A stretch of 64,000 nt of DNA from an uncultured Candidatus Saccharibacteria bacterium (GTDB lineage: Bacteria > Patescibacteriota > Andersenbacteria > UBA10190), in contig CAYJKV010000002.1 of the NCBI GenBank assembly GCA_964371255.1, positions 2,553 to 66,552 of the forward strand, in the 5' to 3' direction. The position numbers were made by a program, and so were the translations under genes. The notes beneath the pieces are model-generated. The model did no database searches. It saw nothing but the letters and a program-made list of their open reading frames with translations, and was not told the DNA's origin. Below, piece by piece: positions 19,595 to 29,606 of the stretch; position 1 is the stretch's first letter, and each line of letters begins with the position of its first letter.

Positions 19595-20290
19595 ATGCCA
19601 AATAATACCCAACCCCAGCCCTCTTATACTGTCTTAACCAAAGATATCACTCAAGCCATTACTTTTATCGCCGCTGGTCGCGTCGTCGCTTTTCCTACTG
19701 GTACATCGTATGGCTTGGCTGCCGATGCCACCCAAGGCTATGCCCTGCAGAGACTGCGTATTCTCAAAGGACGCATCCAGGAACAATCTTTTACCATCAT
19801 GCTAAAAAATACTTTATGGCCTGAATACTTGGCATTAAGTCCGAGAGAGCAAACATTTCTGTCACATACGGCAGGACAACACCTCACCGTGTTGGTAAAA
19901 CCAAAACCCTTACTCTCCCACTTAGCTGTAGATGGACTGATTGGATTACGGCTGATCGACCATCCGCAAATGGACCAACTTTGCCGTGCGGCGTCTGTTC
20001 CCCTGACTGCCACCAGTGCCAACCACACGGGCGACACCCCCTGTCTCTCTCCGGCTTGTATCCAGGCTGCCTTTCCTGGTCTGGTTCCTGATCAAGAACT
20101 AAATGAGAATGAACCGCGTGGTGCCAGCGGCACTACCTACAATTTATCGTTGGCGGCCATTCTGGACGGTGGTACGTTATCCCCCAGTCGACCGACCACG
20201 ATCATTCGCCTTTCGGACAAGGGCGGTTTTACCATTATTCGTCCCGGCGCCGTGACTAAAGACGAGTTAAACAATATGGTCACTCTATAA
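19595..20290 (+). CDS. tsaC: Sua5/TsaC/YrdC threonylcarbamoyl-AMP synthase
   Basis: VVAFPTGTSYGL, LKGR, PLTATSAN, ILDGG, IIRPGA. Confidence 0.85.
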   Translation: MPNNTQPQPSYTVLTKDITQAITFIAAGRVVAFPTGTSYGLAADATQGYALQRLRILKGRIQEQSFTIMLKNTLWPEYLALSPREQTFLSHTAGQHLTVLVKPKPLLSHLAVDGLIGLRLIDHPQMDQLCRAASVPLTATSANHTGDTPCLSPACIQAAFPGLVPDQELNENEPRGASGTTYNLSLAAILDGGTLSPSRPTTIIRLSDKGGFTIIRPGAVTKDELNNMVTL

Positions 20291-20316
20291 ACTATTCTTA
20301 TTCCGCCACTCGCTCG

Positions 20317-20883
20317 CTATAATCCCAACTCCTTCGCAATTCCCTGCATAGCTCCCAGTACGTGTTGAATGTGTTCGTCTAGGCTAAACCCAAGCTCCTT
20401 TGCACCCATTTCTATCTCATCTCTTTTTACCGCCGCGGCGAAAGATTTCTGCTTCAGTTTTTTACGGACAGATTGAACGTCGACTTCCTCCAGGCTTTTG
20501 TTAGGTTTAACTAACGCCACCGCGACGATAAACCCAGATAATTCATCCACCGCAAATATCGCCTGCTCCATTTTTGTTTTCCTGGACGTTCCGGTATGCG
20601 GCGCATGGGCCATAATACCCCGCCTGACCGTGTTGGAATAACCAGCTTGCTTTAATATCTCTTGCCCCTGATAAGGATGATCCTCCAGCGAAGGATATTT
20701 TTCATAGTCGAAGTCATGCAGCAAGCCGACCATCCCCCATTCATTAGCGTCGCCCTGGAAATAATTCGCCAAAGCAACCATCGCCGCTTCTACCGCTAAC
20801 GCATGTTTCCTCAAATTCTTGTTTTGTGTCCACTCGCAAAGCAACTCCCAGGCTTCCTCTCTCGTCTTCACCTTTCCTTCCAT
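20317..20883 (-). CDS. HDIG/HD-domain phosphohydrolase
   Basis: TREEAWELL, LRKHALAVEAAM, GLLHDFDYE, AVDELSGFI. Confidence 0.9.
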   Translation of the reverse strand: MEGKVKTREEAWELLCEWTQNKNLRKHALAVEAAMVALANYFQGDANEWGMVGLLHDFDYEKYPSLEDHPYQGQEILKQAGYSNTVRRGIMAHAPHTGTSRKTKMEQAIFAVDELSGFIVAVALVKPNKSLEEVDVQSVRKKLKQKSFAAAVKRDEIEMGAKELGFSLDEHIQHVLGAMQGIAKELGL

Positions 20884-20887
20884 TACT

Positions 20888-22006
20888 TTATCTGACGGAG
20901 GATACGTCAATATTAGTCATTAGCTCGGGTGATTTAGCTCTTAAACGTGCCCATAAACTGCTTCCCAGCGCGCCTAGTGTGAGCATAAACACAACCAGTC
21001 CGATTAACCAACCAATGAGCGGTATAATCTCAACAGCCTTCAACACCACCGTCCCGACCAAAACATGCTGCCAGGTGATCGGTGTCTCTCTCTTCTGTAT
21101 TCTTTGCATCACCCATACTCCAACCACGATTGTACTCACGGCCTTTGCGGCAATGCATACTGTCATGCTGCCCAGGACACTTAATACCGCCAGCGGCCAG
21201 CCAATAATAGTCACCAATAATACAACAACAACTGGTACCAACGCGATCATCCAAATGAAACCGATACCCAGCGACCGTCCTCCCTTTTGCAACACATTTC
21301 GAACCGTATCATTAATCAAAGCTGGCCACATATACCATCCCACTAGCGCTACGATTCCCCATATCATCACACTCATTACCCAGGCCAGGATTAATCCCTT
21401 GCCCGTCGCCGCAGCGCCCACACCTTTTTTCGTTGGCTCCATTTCATGTCTTCTTTCACCGTTAATGACCACGTTATCCTCAACAGTGGGTTCTTTGGAT
21501 CCATAAGTCACCAAATCACCATTAATTTTTGTTCCAGACTTAATCGTCACCGTTTCTCCGGCCGCCCGCACCGCACCGTTTATCTGGCCACTAATAGTCA
21601 ATTTTTGTCCTGCTACATGAACCGAACCTAAAATATTTTTACTAATTACCTCGACCACGCTGCCGGCTGCAAACACGTCGTCCACCCGTTCACTGGTAAT
21701 GCGTACAGTGTTGCCGGCTGCAAACACGTCGTCGCCGACCTCGCCGGTAATCCGCACCGAGTTGCCCGCCGCATAGACATCCTGATCTACATTCCCTGTT
21801 ATTTCTACGTCATTAGCCGCGCTAAACAAATCCTCCTGCACGTTGTGTTCAACCGTCACGCTGTTCCCGGCAATGTATAAGTCATCGCTCACATCCTTGG
21901 TTGTCATGGCGTTATCTTCCTTTGTGACAAAATCACCCGCGAAACTTGCTAATGGCCACATACCCAACAGTACTAACACCGCCCCTGCATACATTTTTTT
22001 ATTCAT
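20888..22006 (-). CDS. Beta-helix (bactofilin/polymer-forming-like repeat) protein with C-terminal TM helices
   Basis: Signal peptide, repeated D-[VL]-[FY]-AAG-x-x-V-x-I-x-G units, then 4-5 TM helices; start overlaps the xseB stop. Confidence 0.8.
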   Translation of the reverse strand: MNKKMYAGAVLVLLGMWPLASFAGDFVTKEDNAMTTKDVSDDLYIAGNSVTVEHNVQEDLFSAANDVEITGNVDQDVYAAGNSVRITGEVGDDVFAAGNTVRITSERVDDVFAAGSVVEVISKNILGSVHVAGQKLTISGQINGAVRAAGETVTIKSGTKINGDLVTYGSKEPTVEDNVVINGERRHEMEPTKKGVGAAATGKGLILAWVMSVMIWGIVALVGWYMWPALINDTVRNVLQKGGRSLGIGFIWMIALVPVVVVLLVTIIGWPLAVLSVLGSMTVCIAAKAVSTIVVGVWVMQRIQKRETPITWQHVLVGTVVLKAVEIIPLIGWLIGLVVFMLTLGALGSSLWARLRAKSPELMTNIDVSSVR

Positions 22007-22223
22007 CAATTTCATCATCATGATTATTAAAACGCTTGTCAATATCAATGACTTTATTCTCAATTTCCCGCATCCGCTGCTGCAATTTTTGCGCCAGCTC
22101 CAACCCTCTTTCAAATTTCGGCAAATCCTTTTCCAAATCAATTTCCCGCGACTCGAAATCCGCTACCAGCGCTTCCAGCTCTTTGTATCCTTTGGAAAAA
22201 TTGAATTTTTCTTTTTCTTTCAT
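21999..22223 (-). CDS. xseB: Exodeoxyribonuclease VII small subunit
   Basis: F...YKELEALVADFE...DLEKDLPKFERGLEL; follows xseA. Confidence 0.92.
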   Translation of the reverse strand: MKEKEKFNFSKGYKELEALVADFESREIDLEKDLPKFERGLELAQKLQQRMREIENKVIDIDKRFNNHDDEIDE

Positions 22224-22225
22224 AT

Positions 22226-23323
22226 TTATTGCTTTTCTCTTGTTACTGTAGATTTAATTTCGCCAAAGCTCAACCGGGTAATAATCATGTCGCCCCCGCT
22301 CACCTCATCCGCCTTTCTAAGGATCCGTCCGCCCGCCGTCTTGGTGATGCTGTAACCGCGTTCCAGCACGCCCAGGGGCGACAAGGACACTAAAACCCGC
22401 TGTAATTGGACTAACCTTTGCTTCATCCCCCGTACCTCGCCATGTAGAATTAATACAATTTGCTTGATGGTCGCGCGCCGCTGTTTTAATTGTTCAAAAA
22501 CGGTATCCCGTAACCTTTCCCGTAGATGCAATATTTCATACTCCAATAGATCGCGCGATTTGACTAAAAGTTCCGCGGCGTTGCTGGGTGTCGACGCTCG
22601 CACGTCCGCTGCCAAATCCGCTAAGGTAATATCGCGCTCATGCCCTACACCGACGATCGTGGGATATCTCGAACCGGCAATCGCCCTCACCACTTGCTCG
22701 TCATTGAAGGACTGCAAATCTTCCAGGCTGCCTCCGCCTCGAACCAATACAATGGCATCCACGTGGCTCAATTCCGTATTAGCCGTAGCTAGTGCTTCCA
22801 CAATTTGCCCAGCTGCCTTCTCACCTTGTACCTGCGTATGGATAAATGAAACTGTCAATCCGCCTTGTCGGGCCTTTAATACTTTTAGAAAATCAGTGTA
22901 GGCCGCTGCTTCTCGTGACGTTATCAGCACAACGTGCTGCGGGTAAAGTGGGATTGGCCTTTTTCGGTCTGCGTCAAACAATCCTTCTTCGTGTAGTTTC
23001 TTCTTGAGCAGTTCAAACGCTCTCTTCAGCGATCCCTCACCCGACGGTACAACGCCCGTTAGGTTAAAACTAAAACCCCATTTCTGCGTTAGCTTTGGGC
23101 GGCCCGTCGCCAATACCTTCATGCCATTCTCGATCTCACTTTTTAAAAACCAGACCGGCATAAAACACCTGACGGTACTGTTGTCATCTTTTAAAGCGAA
23201 CCGCACCCATTTTCCGCCGCTCAGTTGGTACTCGTCCACTTCCCCTTCTACCACCGCGCCATTAAAAGCATCCAGAGTTTCATCTATCATTTCCACAAAT
23301 TGGGTGACGGTTATTGTTTTCAT
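22226..23323 (-). CDS. xseA: Exodeoxyribonuclease VII large subunit
   Basis: VEGEV, RGGGSLEDL, GVGHERD, ASTPSNAAE, LSPLGVLERGYSI. Confidence 0.95.
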   Translation of the reverse strand: MKTITVTQFVEMIDETLDAFNGAVVEGEVDEYQLSGGKWVRFALKDDNSTVRCFMPVWFLKSEIENGMKVLATGRPKLTQKWGFSFNLTGVVPSGEGSLKRAFELLKKKLHEEGLFDADRKRPIPLYPQHVVLITSREAAAYTDFLKVLKARQGGLTVSFIHTQVQGEKAAGQIVEALATANTELSHVDAIVLVRGGGSLEDLQSFNDEQVVRAIAGSRYPTIVGVGHERDITLADLAADVRASTPSNAAELLVKSRDLLEYEILHLRERLRDTVFEQLKQRRATIKQIVLILHGEVRGMKQRLVQLQRVLVSLSPLGVLERGYSITKTAGGRILRKADEVSGGDMIITRLSFGEIKSTVTREKQ

Positions 23324-23326
23324 TAG

Positions 23327-23399
23327 TGCGTCTGGCAGGATTCGAACCTGCGACCTCTGGCTTCGGAGGCCAGCGCTCTATCCGCTGAGCTACAGGCGC
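23327..23399 (-). tRNA. tRNA-Arg(CCG), CCA not encoded
   Basis: GCGCCTGTAGCTCAGCGGATAGAGCGCTGGC-CTCCGAA-GCCAGAGGTCGCAGGTTCGAATCCTGCCAGACGCA. Confidence 0.95.
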
Positions 23400-23609
23400 A
23401 TAGGTGGCTACTCTCTATATAGTGAGCGTCACGTTTCTTGTTTTTGTTTGGGTATTATAATACATTACAAGCCTGCTCACCAAGAAAGTTGCCAAATCAT
23501 CAATTTAGTGGCATCTCTTCTGCCTTTCAACCAAACCCTGACGTGATGACATTGAATCTATATAATGAGCCATTTGTTTAGCCTATAATCGGTAACTTAT
23601 AATTAACCT

Positions 23610-24221
23610 ATGCGCATAAAATACGTCGACGGTTACAAAATCAGACAGGAACTTGACGTCGACTTTAATGTTATTCATTTTCGTCATACCAATCCAGCCT
23701 TTTTCATTTCCAAATGGTATATTCCCGTTGGTGAAATTTGGCTCGACCATAAGTTTCGCTCCGAAGAACAATTCTTATTGGAGATGGAGACGACACCAAT
23801 GGAGGATTTCAGTCGCCGCGCCTATATCGATCGGTTCATCCGCTCCGGCCAGCCTAAAAATCTGGTCAGTCATGAGGACAAGCAGCCAAACGGTTTAACC
23901 GTTCAATATATCGACGGCAGCCAAGTACGACGCTTTATTGATCCGCAATTTGTTATTGGCGGCCACGATCTTGTGTATCATTATGTCCCTCGCCAGACCG
24001 TCTGGATTGAACAGGCGCTTGACGAGCACGAGTGGCCACACATTTTAAAGCACGAAGCTTATGAACGAAGCTTAATGGCCCAGGGCAAAACATATGACGT
24101 AGCCCATGATTATGCTTGCGCCGCGGAGAAAGAATCCAGACGCGCAGTCGGCGGCAGTTATATCGGCGACGAAGACCATTCGCGACAAATCGATTTTTCT
24201 TCCTTCTATGTCCAGTCCTAA
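23610..24221 (+). CDS. Hypothetical protein with an internal duplication and an HExxE...H motif
   Basis: IKYVDGYKIR..LD.DF / VQYIDGSQVR..ID.QF repeats; LKHEAYER...YDVAH. Confidence 0.75.
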   Translation: MRIKYVDGYKIRQELDVDFNVIHFRHTNPAFFISKWYIPVGEIWLDHKFRSEEQFLLEMETTPMEDFSRRAYIDRFIRSGQPKNLVSHEDKQPNGLTVQYIDGSQVRRFIDPQFVIGGHDLVYHYVPRQTVWIEQALDEHEWPHILKHEAYERSLMAQGKTYDVAHDYACAAEKESRRAVGGSYIGDEDHSRQIDFSSFYVQS

Positions 24222-24684
24222 CCTGCTTCAAGTTACACCGTTTCGTCAGACTGCCGGTTTGTGCGGCCCGGCATCATTAAAGATTGCCCTATCATATTTC
24301 GGTCTGGACTACTCGGAAAGCTATCTCACCCAACTTACTGGCGCTAATACCGACCAGGGTACCGAACACACTGGCATGGTAGACGCCATCGAGCAGCTAG
24401 GCGGTACGGCTGTCGTGCAAGAAAATGCCAACCTCACGGATATTAAGGATTTTGTTGTGAGACAAAAATTACCGGTTATCATTGGTTGGTTTGATCAGGA
24501 CGGCGACCATTACAGTGTCGTGGTTGGTGTGACTGCTAAATTCCTCATAACCGTAGATCCGGCAGTTGGCGGCACCAGACGTTTGCCGAAAGCAAAATTT
24601 CCTGCCATCTGGTTCGATTTTGTTGGTCCCGAAAACAAAATCGTTTCCTGGCACTGGTTAATGGCCGTCAATTTTCACGTCTAA
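24208..24684 (+). CDS. Stand-alone C39-like cysteine peptidase
   Basis: Q...LCGPASL, GT, DHYSVVVG, VDP (Cys-His-Asp triad); overlaps the upstream stop. Confidence 0.85.
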   Translation: MSSPNLLQVTPFRQTAGLCGPASLKIALSYFGLDYSESYLTQLTGANTDQGTEHTGMVDAIEQLGGTAVVQENANLTDIKDFVVRQKLPVIIGWFDQDGDHYSVVVGVTAKFLITVDPAVGGTRRLPKAKFPAIWFDFVGPENKIVSWHWLMAVNFHV

Positions 24685-24838
24685 TAAATTTTTACCCGGC
24701 CCTGCTCGATATTAGTAGGATTAAGCCGAAAACCACCTCAGCCAACCCGTCTTTTGGCTATCTTCCTAATTATCTTGTCGTCATATAAAAATATTTGCAT
24801 ACTAGTAACCTAAGTAATTTTCATATCTAATATTTTTT

Positions 24839-25432
24839 ATGCCAAACAAAACTAGTCCGATTAGCTCTACCTCACCGCGCCTCCCCAATACAAGTAGAAG
24901 TAGTGCAACTATCACTGTCACTATTTTTATCATCCTCGCCGCCTGCTTGGTCGCCGGTATTATTTACTTCCGCCGCACACCGCCCAACCCAGCTAACGTT
25001 GCCTCAGACAAAGTCATGACGGACAGCAATGAAATATTACCGGTTATCAACCAGCCGCCTATCCTTCCTCCCGACGACAACACCATCCCGATAGAACCCC
25101 AAACCACCATGGAGCCCACAACTGATCCAGTGATGGTGGCCTCGACTCTCCCCACGACCGTGCAGGAATTTATCATCACTGGACAAAACTTCCGGTACTC
25201 TCCGAGCGAACTGCGCGTCAAGCAGGGGGATACCGTACGGATTGTTTTTAATAGCCTCGACATGATGCATGACTGGCGCCTGGACGAATTTGACGCCACT
25301 ACGCAAATCATCCCAGCTGGGCAAACAGACACGATAGAATTTGTCGCCAGTCGTCCAGGCACTTTCGAATTTTATTGCTCGGTCGGCCAGCATCGTCAAA
25401 ATGGCATGGTTGGCTCGCTAATTGTTGAGTAA
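24839..25432 (+). CDS. Membrane-anchored cupredoxin (blue copper) domain protein
   Basis: TM, Pro/Thr linker, MHDW...FYCSVGQHRQNGM (His-Cys-His-Met ligands). Confidence 0.88.
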   Translation: MPNKTSPISSTSPRLPNTSRSSATITVTIFIILAACLVAGIIYFRRTPPNPANVASDKVMTDSNEILPVINQPPILPPDDNTIPIEPQTTMEPTTDPVMVASTLPTTVQEFIITGQNFRYSPSELRVKQGDTVRIVFNSLDMMHDWRLDEFDATTQIIPAGQTDTIEFVASRPGTFEFYCSVGQHRQNGMVGSLIVE

Positions 25433-25446
25433 TTTAATCTTTTGCC

Positions 25447-27738
25447 TCAGGGCGAAATCTCATAAACCCAGCTTTCCATCATCTGTTCCTTTTTACCCTC
25501 GCTCCTAATATGCTTAACTTCCCGCCACCTTCCCATCGGTTCCCATGACCTTGGTTCCAGGTTGGTAACCACTAACGTACGAATGTTTGTGGTTTCAATC
25601 CACGCTTGCTGTTTAGCTATCGACGGGTCATCTCGATAGTAAAAGGTATCGTCTGAAAAATATACTTCAGAAATTTGGTATAACCGGTCAAAGCCGTGCG
25701 GACCAGCCATCAGCCTAGCTGCCTGATTAGCCTCATAAATCACATAGTCTACCGCTGAATTTTCATTCAAGTGATCAATCGTGGGCGTTATTTTGTCTTG
25801 TAAAATAAAGATCGTAATTATTAACGGCGCTAGGAGAGCGAAGTGCAACAATGAACTGCCAACCAAAGCTGGTATCCTATATTTCCTGGGCTGTCCGATC
25901 GTGTACTCTTGTATATAGTGAAGCGGCAGGAACAAAGCTGTCGTCAGCATCAGCATGAGCAGCGGATAGTCCTGCTGGAAATGTTTCGGCATCGGATGAA
26001 ACCACAGCGCGATGAGTATTTGCGTCCCCAGCACCAGCCCAATCACTAATCCCCGCCAGCGCGTGTGGATGAGAAAAGGCACCGCACTCACCGCCATCAC
26101 GCCAGCTGTTAATTTCATAACGGCATCACTGAACTCCATCAGCGGTCCGTCTAGTTGTGATACGGATCGCAATATCATCACGAATAAAGTTGCCACTAGT
26201 GATGCCGCGATCGTCGCCAGCCCCACCACCCCCCACGACTGGTTTAGCCAGCGTTTTCTGACTGTTCCTCCGGAAATAAAAAGCCAAATCAGCGCGAACA
26301 CACCGCCGGCCAGCAAGAAAGGGTCTTTTAATTCAATATATTTTTCTTGGGACCAGGTTCTCCACCACAGCGATCCCAGGACTTGCCAGGTTGTTGCCGC
26401 GCTGGCCTGAAAAGTATTCCAGGAATCAACCAGTTGATTGCGTCCTCCCTCAAAATAAGACGTGAACAAAGGATTGCCGAACGTAACTGTGTTATTAATA
26501 AAAAACGGTAACACAAATATCAGCAGCGGAATCATCAGGCGGGCATATCCTTTCCACCATAATTGTTTTTTCAGTGCCAGTGTTCCCAGGACAAGGATTG
26601 CTGCCAATGCCAACCCTTCCTGTCGGGTCATCGCCGCGAAGCCCAAGGTGATGCTCAGTCCCCATTGTGCCCATTTATGCTCAAGGGACAAATATAGCCA
26701 TAGTGCTAATAACAGAAGAAAAGTGTAGAAGGTATATGGCTCCGGCCGCAGTGACGTCAAGAAAAAATCTTTTTGCCAAGACAGCAATATCGGGGCGGCC
26801 GCCTGCACGCTCCACGGCAGCCGCAGTTTTTTCGCTAACAGCGCGACCATCACTGCACTGCCGCCGGCGCTTAAGATAGATAAAAAACGCATCCACCAAA
26901 TATCATCAATCTTACTTAAATATGCCGGTACCAGCAGTAATGGCCATCCCGGCAAACGTTTTTCCACCGCAAAAGGATTTTTCAGCTCCGTAATTTGCTT
27001 GGTGATAGAAAGATAATTATATGCATCTCCTCCGCTGACTCCCTTGAGGCCTTGCGATATACTCATTCGGACACCGACCGTCAGGCAGAAAATTATTAGC
27101 AGGCAAGACACATATAGTCCCATTTGCCAGCGCCGGGACAAAGCCATAACCGACGGGGCAATCAATATCGCCACCACCACCAGCGTTGCTGTAAGCCCCC
27201 ACAAAATAGCCTGTCCCAGATTATAAACAGTGACCAGCTGGACAAAAAACTGCCTGGCCGCTTGCCAGAAGAGCACTCGTTCGCGTACTGCCAAAGCCAG
27301 TTGATCAGGACTACCCAACTCAAACCGCAGGCCAGCCGGATTGTCTTGCGTTGCCTCCGACGCAGTAAAATCCACTCGAACCTGATTGCCTGGAATTTCC
27401 AGGTCGGGAAAATCAGCCCAGACAAAACTATCGTCCGTAATTTTCTCGGCTGGGATATTTTGCTCAGCCAGCAGAACACTTTCCAGGGTATAAACGGTTA
27501 CCTTGACTGGCGTGAGTTGTGGCGCGCGTCGCAGATTCACCAGAATTGACCCAACACCCCTCAGCTTTCCGTTCACTGTAATGACTTGGGATTTTATACG
27601 TTTACCGTAAAGCGCGTGATGCGCCGCATATTCATCCGTACCGACATTAATAATACGCTGCTGATCCACCGGATAAAAAACCGCTAATCCAACAAGTAAT
27701 ATTATGGCACAAGCAATGATCAATAGATTTTTGTTCAC
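25447..27738 (-). CDS. Large polytopic GT-C (PMT/ArnT-like) glycosyltransferase-like membrane protein
   Basis: GDAYNY, KRLPGWPLLL, RPEPY, TRQEG, FGNPL; many TM helices. Confidence 0.7.
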   Translation of the reverse strand: MNKNLLIIACAIILLVGLAVFYPVDQQRIINVGTDEYAAHHALYGKRIKSQVITVNGKLRGVGSILVNLRRAPQLTPVKVTVYTLESVLLAEQNIPAEKITDDSFVWADFPDLEIPGNQVRVDFTASEATQDNPAGLRFELGSPDQLALAVRERVLFWQAARQFFVQLVTVYNLGQAILWGLTATLVVVAILIAPSVMALSRRWQMGLYVSCLLIIFCLTVGVRMSISQGLKGVSGGDAYNYLSITKQITELKNPFAVEKRLPGWPLLLVPAYLSKIDDIWWMRFLSILSAGGSAVMVALLAKKLRLPWSVQAAAPILLSWQKDFFLTSLRPEPYTFYTFLLLLALWLYLSLEHKWAQWGLSITLGFAAMTRQEGLALAAILVLGTLALKKQLWWKGYARLMIPLLIFVLPFFINNTVTFGNPLFTSYFEGGRNQLVDSWNTFQASAATTWQVLGSLWWRTWSQEKYIELKDPFLLAGGVFALIWLFISGGTVRKRWLNQSWGVVGLATIAASLVATLFVMILRSVSQLDGPLMEFSDAVMKLTAGVMAVSAVPFLIHTRWRGLVIGLVLGTQILIALWFHPMPKHFQQDYPLLMLMLTTALFLPLHYIQEYTIGQPRKYRIPALVGSSLLHFALLAPLIITIFILQDKITPTIDHLNENSAVDYVIYEANQAARLMAGPHGFDRLYQISEVYFSDDTFYYRDDPSIAKQQAWIETTNIRTLVVTNLEPRSWEPMGRWREVKHIRSEGKKEQMMESWVYEISP

Positions 27739-27900
27739 TCCCCTATCATAATCTGAGAACTACTAAGTGAGAATGCACGCTCCAAACTGACAATGGCATT
27801 TTGGTATGCTAAATAACCTAGGCGTACATTTCCCATTCAAGTTCTAGCGGTTGGTTGCCAAGCTATATTCCCCTGCTGTGAAGTATCGCTGGGGCTATTT

Positions 27901-28254
27901 TTACTTTTTATATTCAGTCCGTGCGTAACTTTCAAAATGGATTTTCTCGTCGTTAAATACTTCAATCACTTCAAACTCGCCTGTCGTAAATAACTTTCCC
28001 CTGACCATAAAATGCTTTGCCCATTTAATCACAACGCTTGCCACCGGTCTCGATAATTTTTCATCGCCCTGCGTTTGCAGCAGCGGAATTTCCCCATGCA
28101 GCCAATAAAGTCGTTGGCCGTTCTTCAGGAACGGATAAACTTTGCCAGTCTCCAGCGGAAGCGGGATGCATTCCGCCTTTTTTCTCCGTCCAGCCTCAAA
28201 CTCAGCGATATTCCTCAGCGCTAAATCCGGGTTAAATTCCACCTGTATACCCAT
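27901..28254 (-). CDS. Hypothetical protein
   Basis: Clean 117-aa ORF with a leaderless-type -10 upstream. Confidence 0.75.
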   Translation of the reverse strand: MGIQVEFNPDLALRNIAEFEAGRRKKAECIPLPLETGKVYPFLKNGQRLYWLHGEIPLLQTQGDEKLSRPVASVVIKWAKHFMVRGKLFTTGEFEVIEVFNDEKIHFESYARTEYKK

Positions 28255-28466
28255 TTCTAAAGTGTATCAAAGGAGCAACAAATATTACTAATTTGCGCCA
28301 AATGTCCGCTATCCTTCGTCAGTTATCTGCCGTCCTTATGTGCCAGGTAAAAAAATACTAAATATTCATGACAGATGCTCTTATCTGTGATAGAAAGAAT
28401 TGACGATATTTACGCGGGAAACCTGTACCTTTTCATATCTATTTAGAACAAGAAAAGGAGGCTGCC

Positions 28467-28688
28467 ATGATCCATGTTACTGATAAACCCTGGTCCGGCA
28501 AAATTAACAGTCAGCGCCGTACGCTCAAGTGCCGACAACTCCGCACGATACATAACAAAGAGCATTCCAGACAGCCGTTCAAGGAATGGGCTCGACAAAA
28601 TTTTGATCAGCTGAAGGCCATGTATCCCGGACGTAATCCGACTCCCATGCTGTGCAGTAAAGCGCTCATTACCTACTGCCGGTTTTAA
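28467..28688 (+). CDS. Small basic ORFan in a stand-alone cassette
   Basis: AAGGAGG 5 nt before ATG; ATGACA-N17-TAGAAA upstream; hairpin + T-run at about 28736-28762. Confidence 0.6.
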   Translation: MIHVTDKPWSGKINSQRRTLKCRQLRTIHNKEHSRQPFKEWARQNFDQLKAMYPGRNPTPMLCSKALITYCRF

Positions 28689-29084
28689 TCATGCAATACT
28701 GGCAGCAATTATTCTCCTGTCCCCCCTTCTCTTTCACCGCCGAATCCTCGCGCGGTTTTTTTCTGCTAAATTTAAGTTATAAATACCATAATCAGGGGCC
28801 CATAGCGCTGTAGAGCTGCTTTTATCCTTCCCTTTCAGCTACTGTTAGCCAGTGTGTTCAAAAAGGTACAGCAACTTTTTCTGTCCGATTAATAATCCCC
28901 TCCTGTCCGCAACTGGTATGGACATTGGGAATGTATTTAATATCTCACCCCAGTCAAATTCTTTTACGGGCGGAGTACTTTATGTCGGCTCTGCTTTGCA
29001 TTAGGGATTACCTCAAAACCAGATCAGGTACCTTGAGTGAGACCACATCGGGGCCAAACTAATACAACTATCAACAAAAAGATT

Positions 29085-29501
29085 CTACCGAGCACATCTA
29101 TTACAGATCCCGGAGAATTCGAGGTTGTGTCTAGTCACTTGCTGAAACGACGTCAACGCCAAACGTGGTTCCTCACAACATGCCGTCACTGCCTCCACCA
29201 GCCCGCACTTTTCGCAGACAAGGTGATGGTGGTGTGGCTTATCAGCGGCTTCATAGCTGGCAGTGCCCTTCTTGAGGCATATCTCATGTAGTAAGCGAGC
29301 ACGCACAAGTGAACCAAGAATTCGGTACACGGTTGCTTGGTCAGGTTTTTCAGACGTGCTGCTCAAAGCATCCAAAATCTGTTGCACATCCATCGGCTTA
29401 TCAAAAGCGTATAGCAAATCAAGGATCGCCACTCGCGAAGGCGTAGCTTTCAGACCCGCTCCTCTTAATTGATCCTTTAGTAATTCTTTTTTTTGTCTCA
29501 T
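29085..29501 (-). CDS. Fur-family transcriptional regulator (probably Zur)
   Basis: GLKATPSRVAIL, ATVYRIL, HHHHLVCEKCG, C-terminal CNRC; divergent from a znuA-like gene. Confidence 0.92.
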   Translation of the reverse strand: MRQKKELLKDQLRGAGLKATPSRVAILDLLYAFDKPMDVQQILDALSSTSEKPDQATVYRILGSLVRARLLHEICLKKGTASYEAADKPHHHHLVCEKCGLVEAVTACCEEPRLALTSFQQVTRHNLEFSGICNRCAR

Positions 29502-29514
29502 GTAATGACTATAC

Positions 29515-29577
29515 TTGCAAATAATTCGCAATCATGCAAGAGTATATTCAATAATCACAAATGCAAATAATTTGCGT
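29515..29577. promoter_or_regulatory. Two Fur-family operator-like palindromes
   Basis: TTGCAAATAATTCGCAA (29515-29531) and ATGCAAATAATTTGCGT (29561-29577). Confidence 0.7.
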
Positions 29578-29606
29578 CTAATCATAATAACGATTTAGCC
29601 CACCCT

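Noticed and set aside
21662-21733. 21-nt direct repeat GCCGGCTGCAAACACGTCGTC
   Set aside because: It encodes the repeated DDVFAAG units of the beta-helix protein and is not a separate element.
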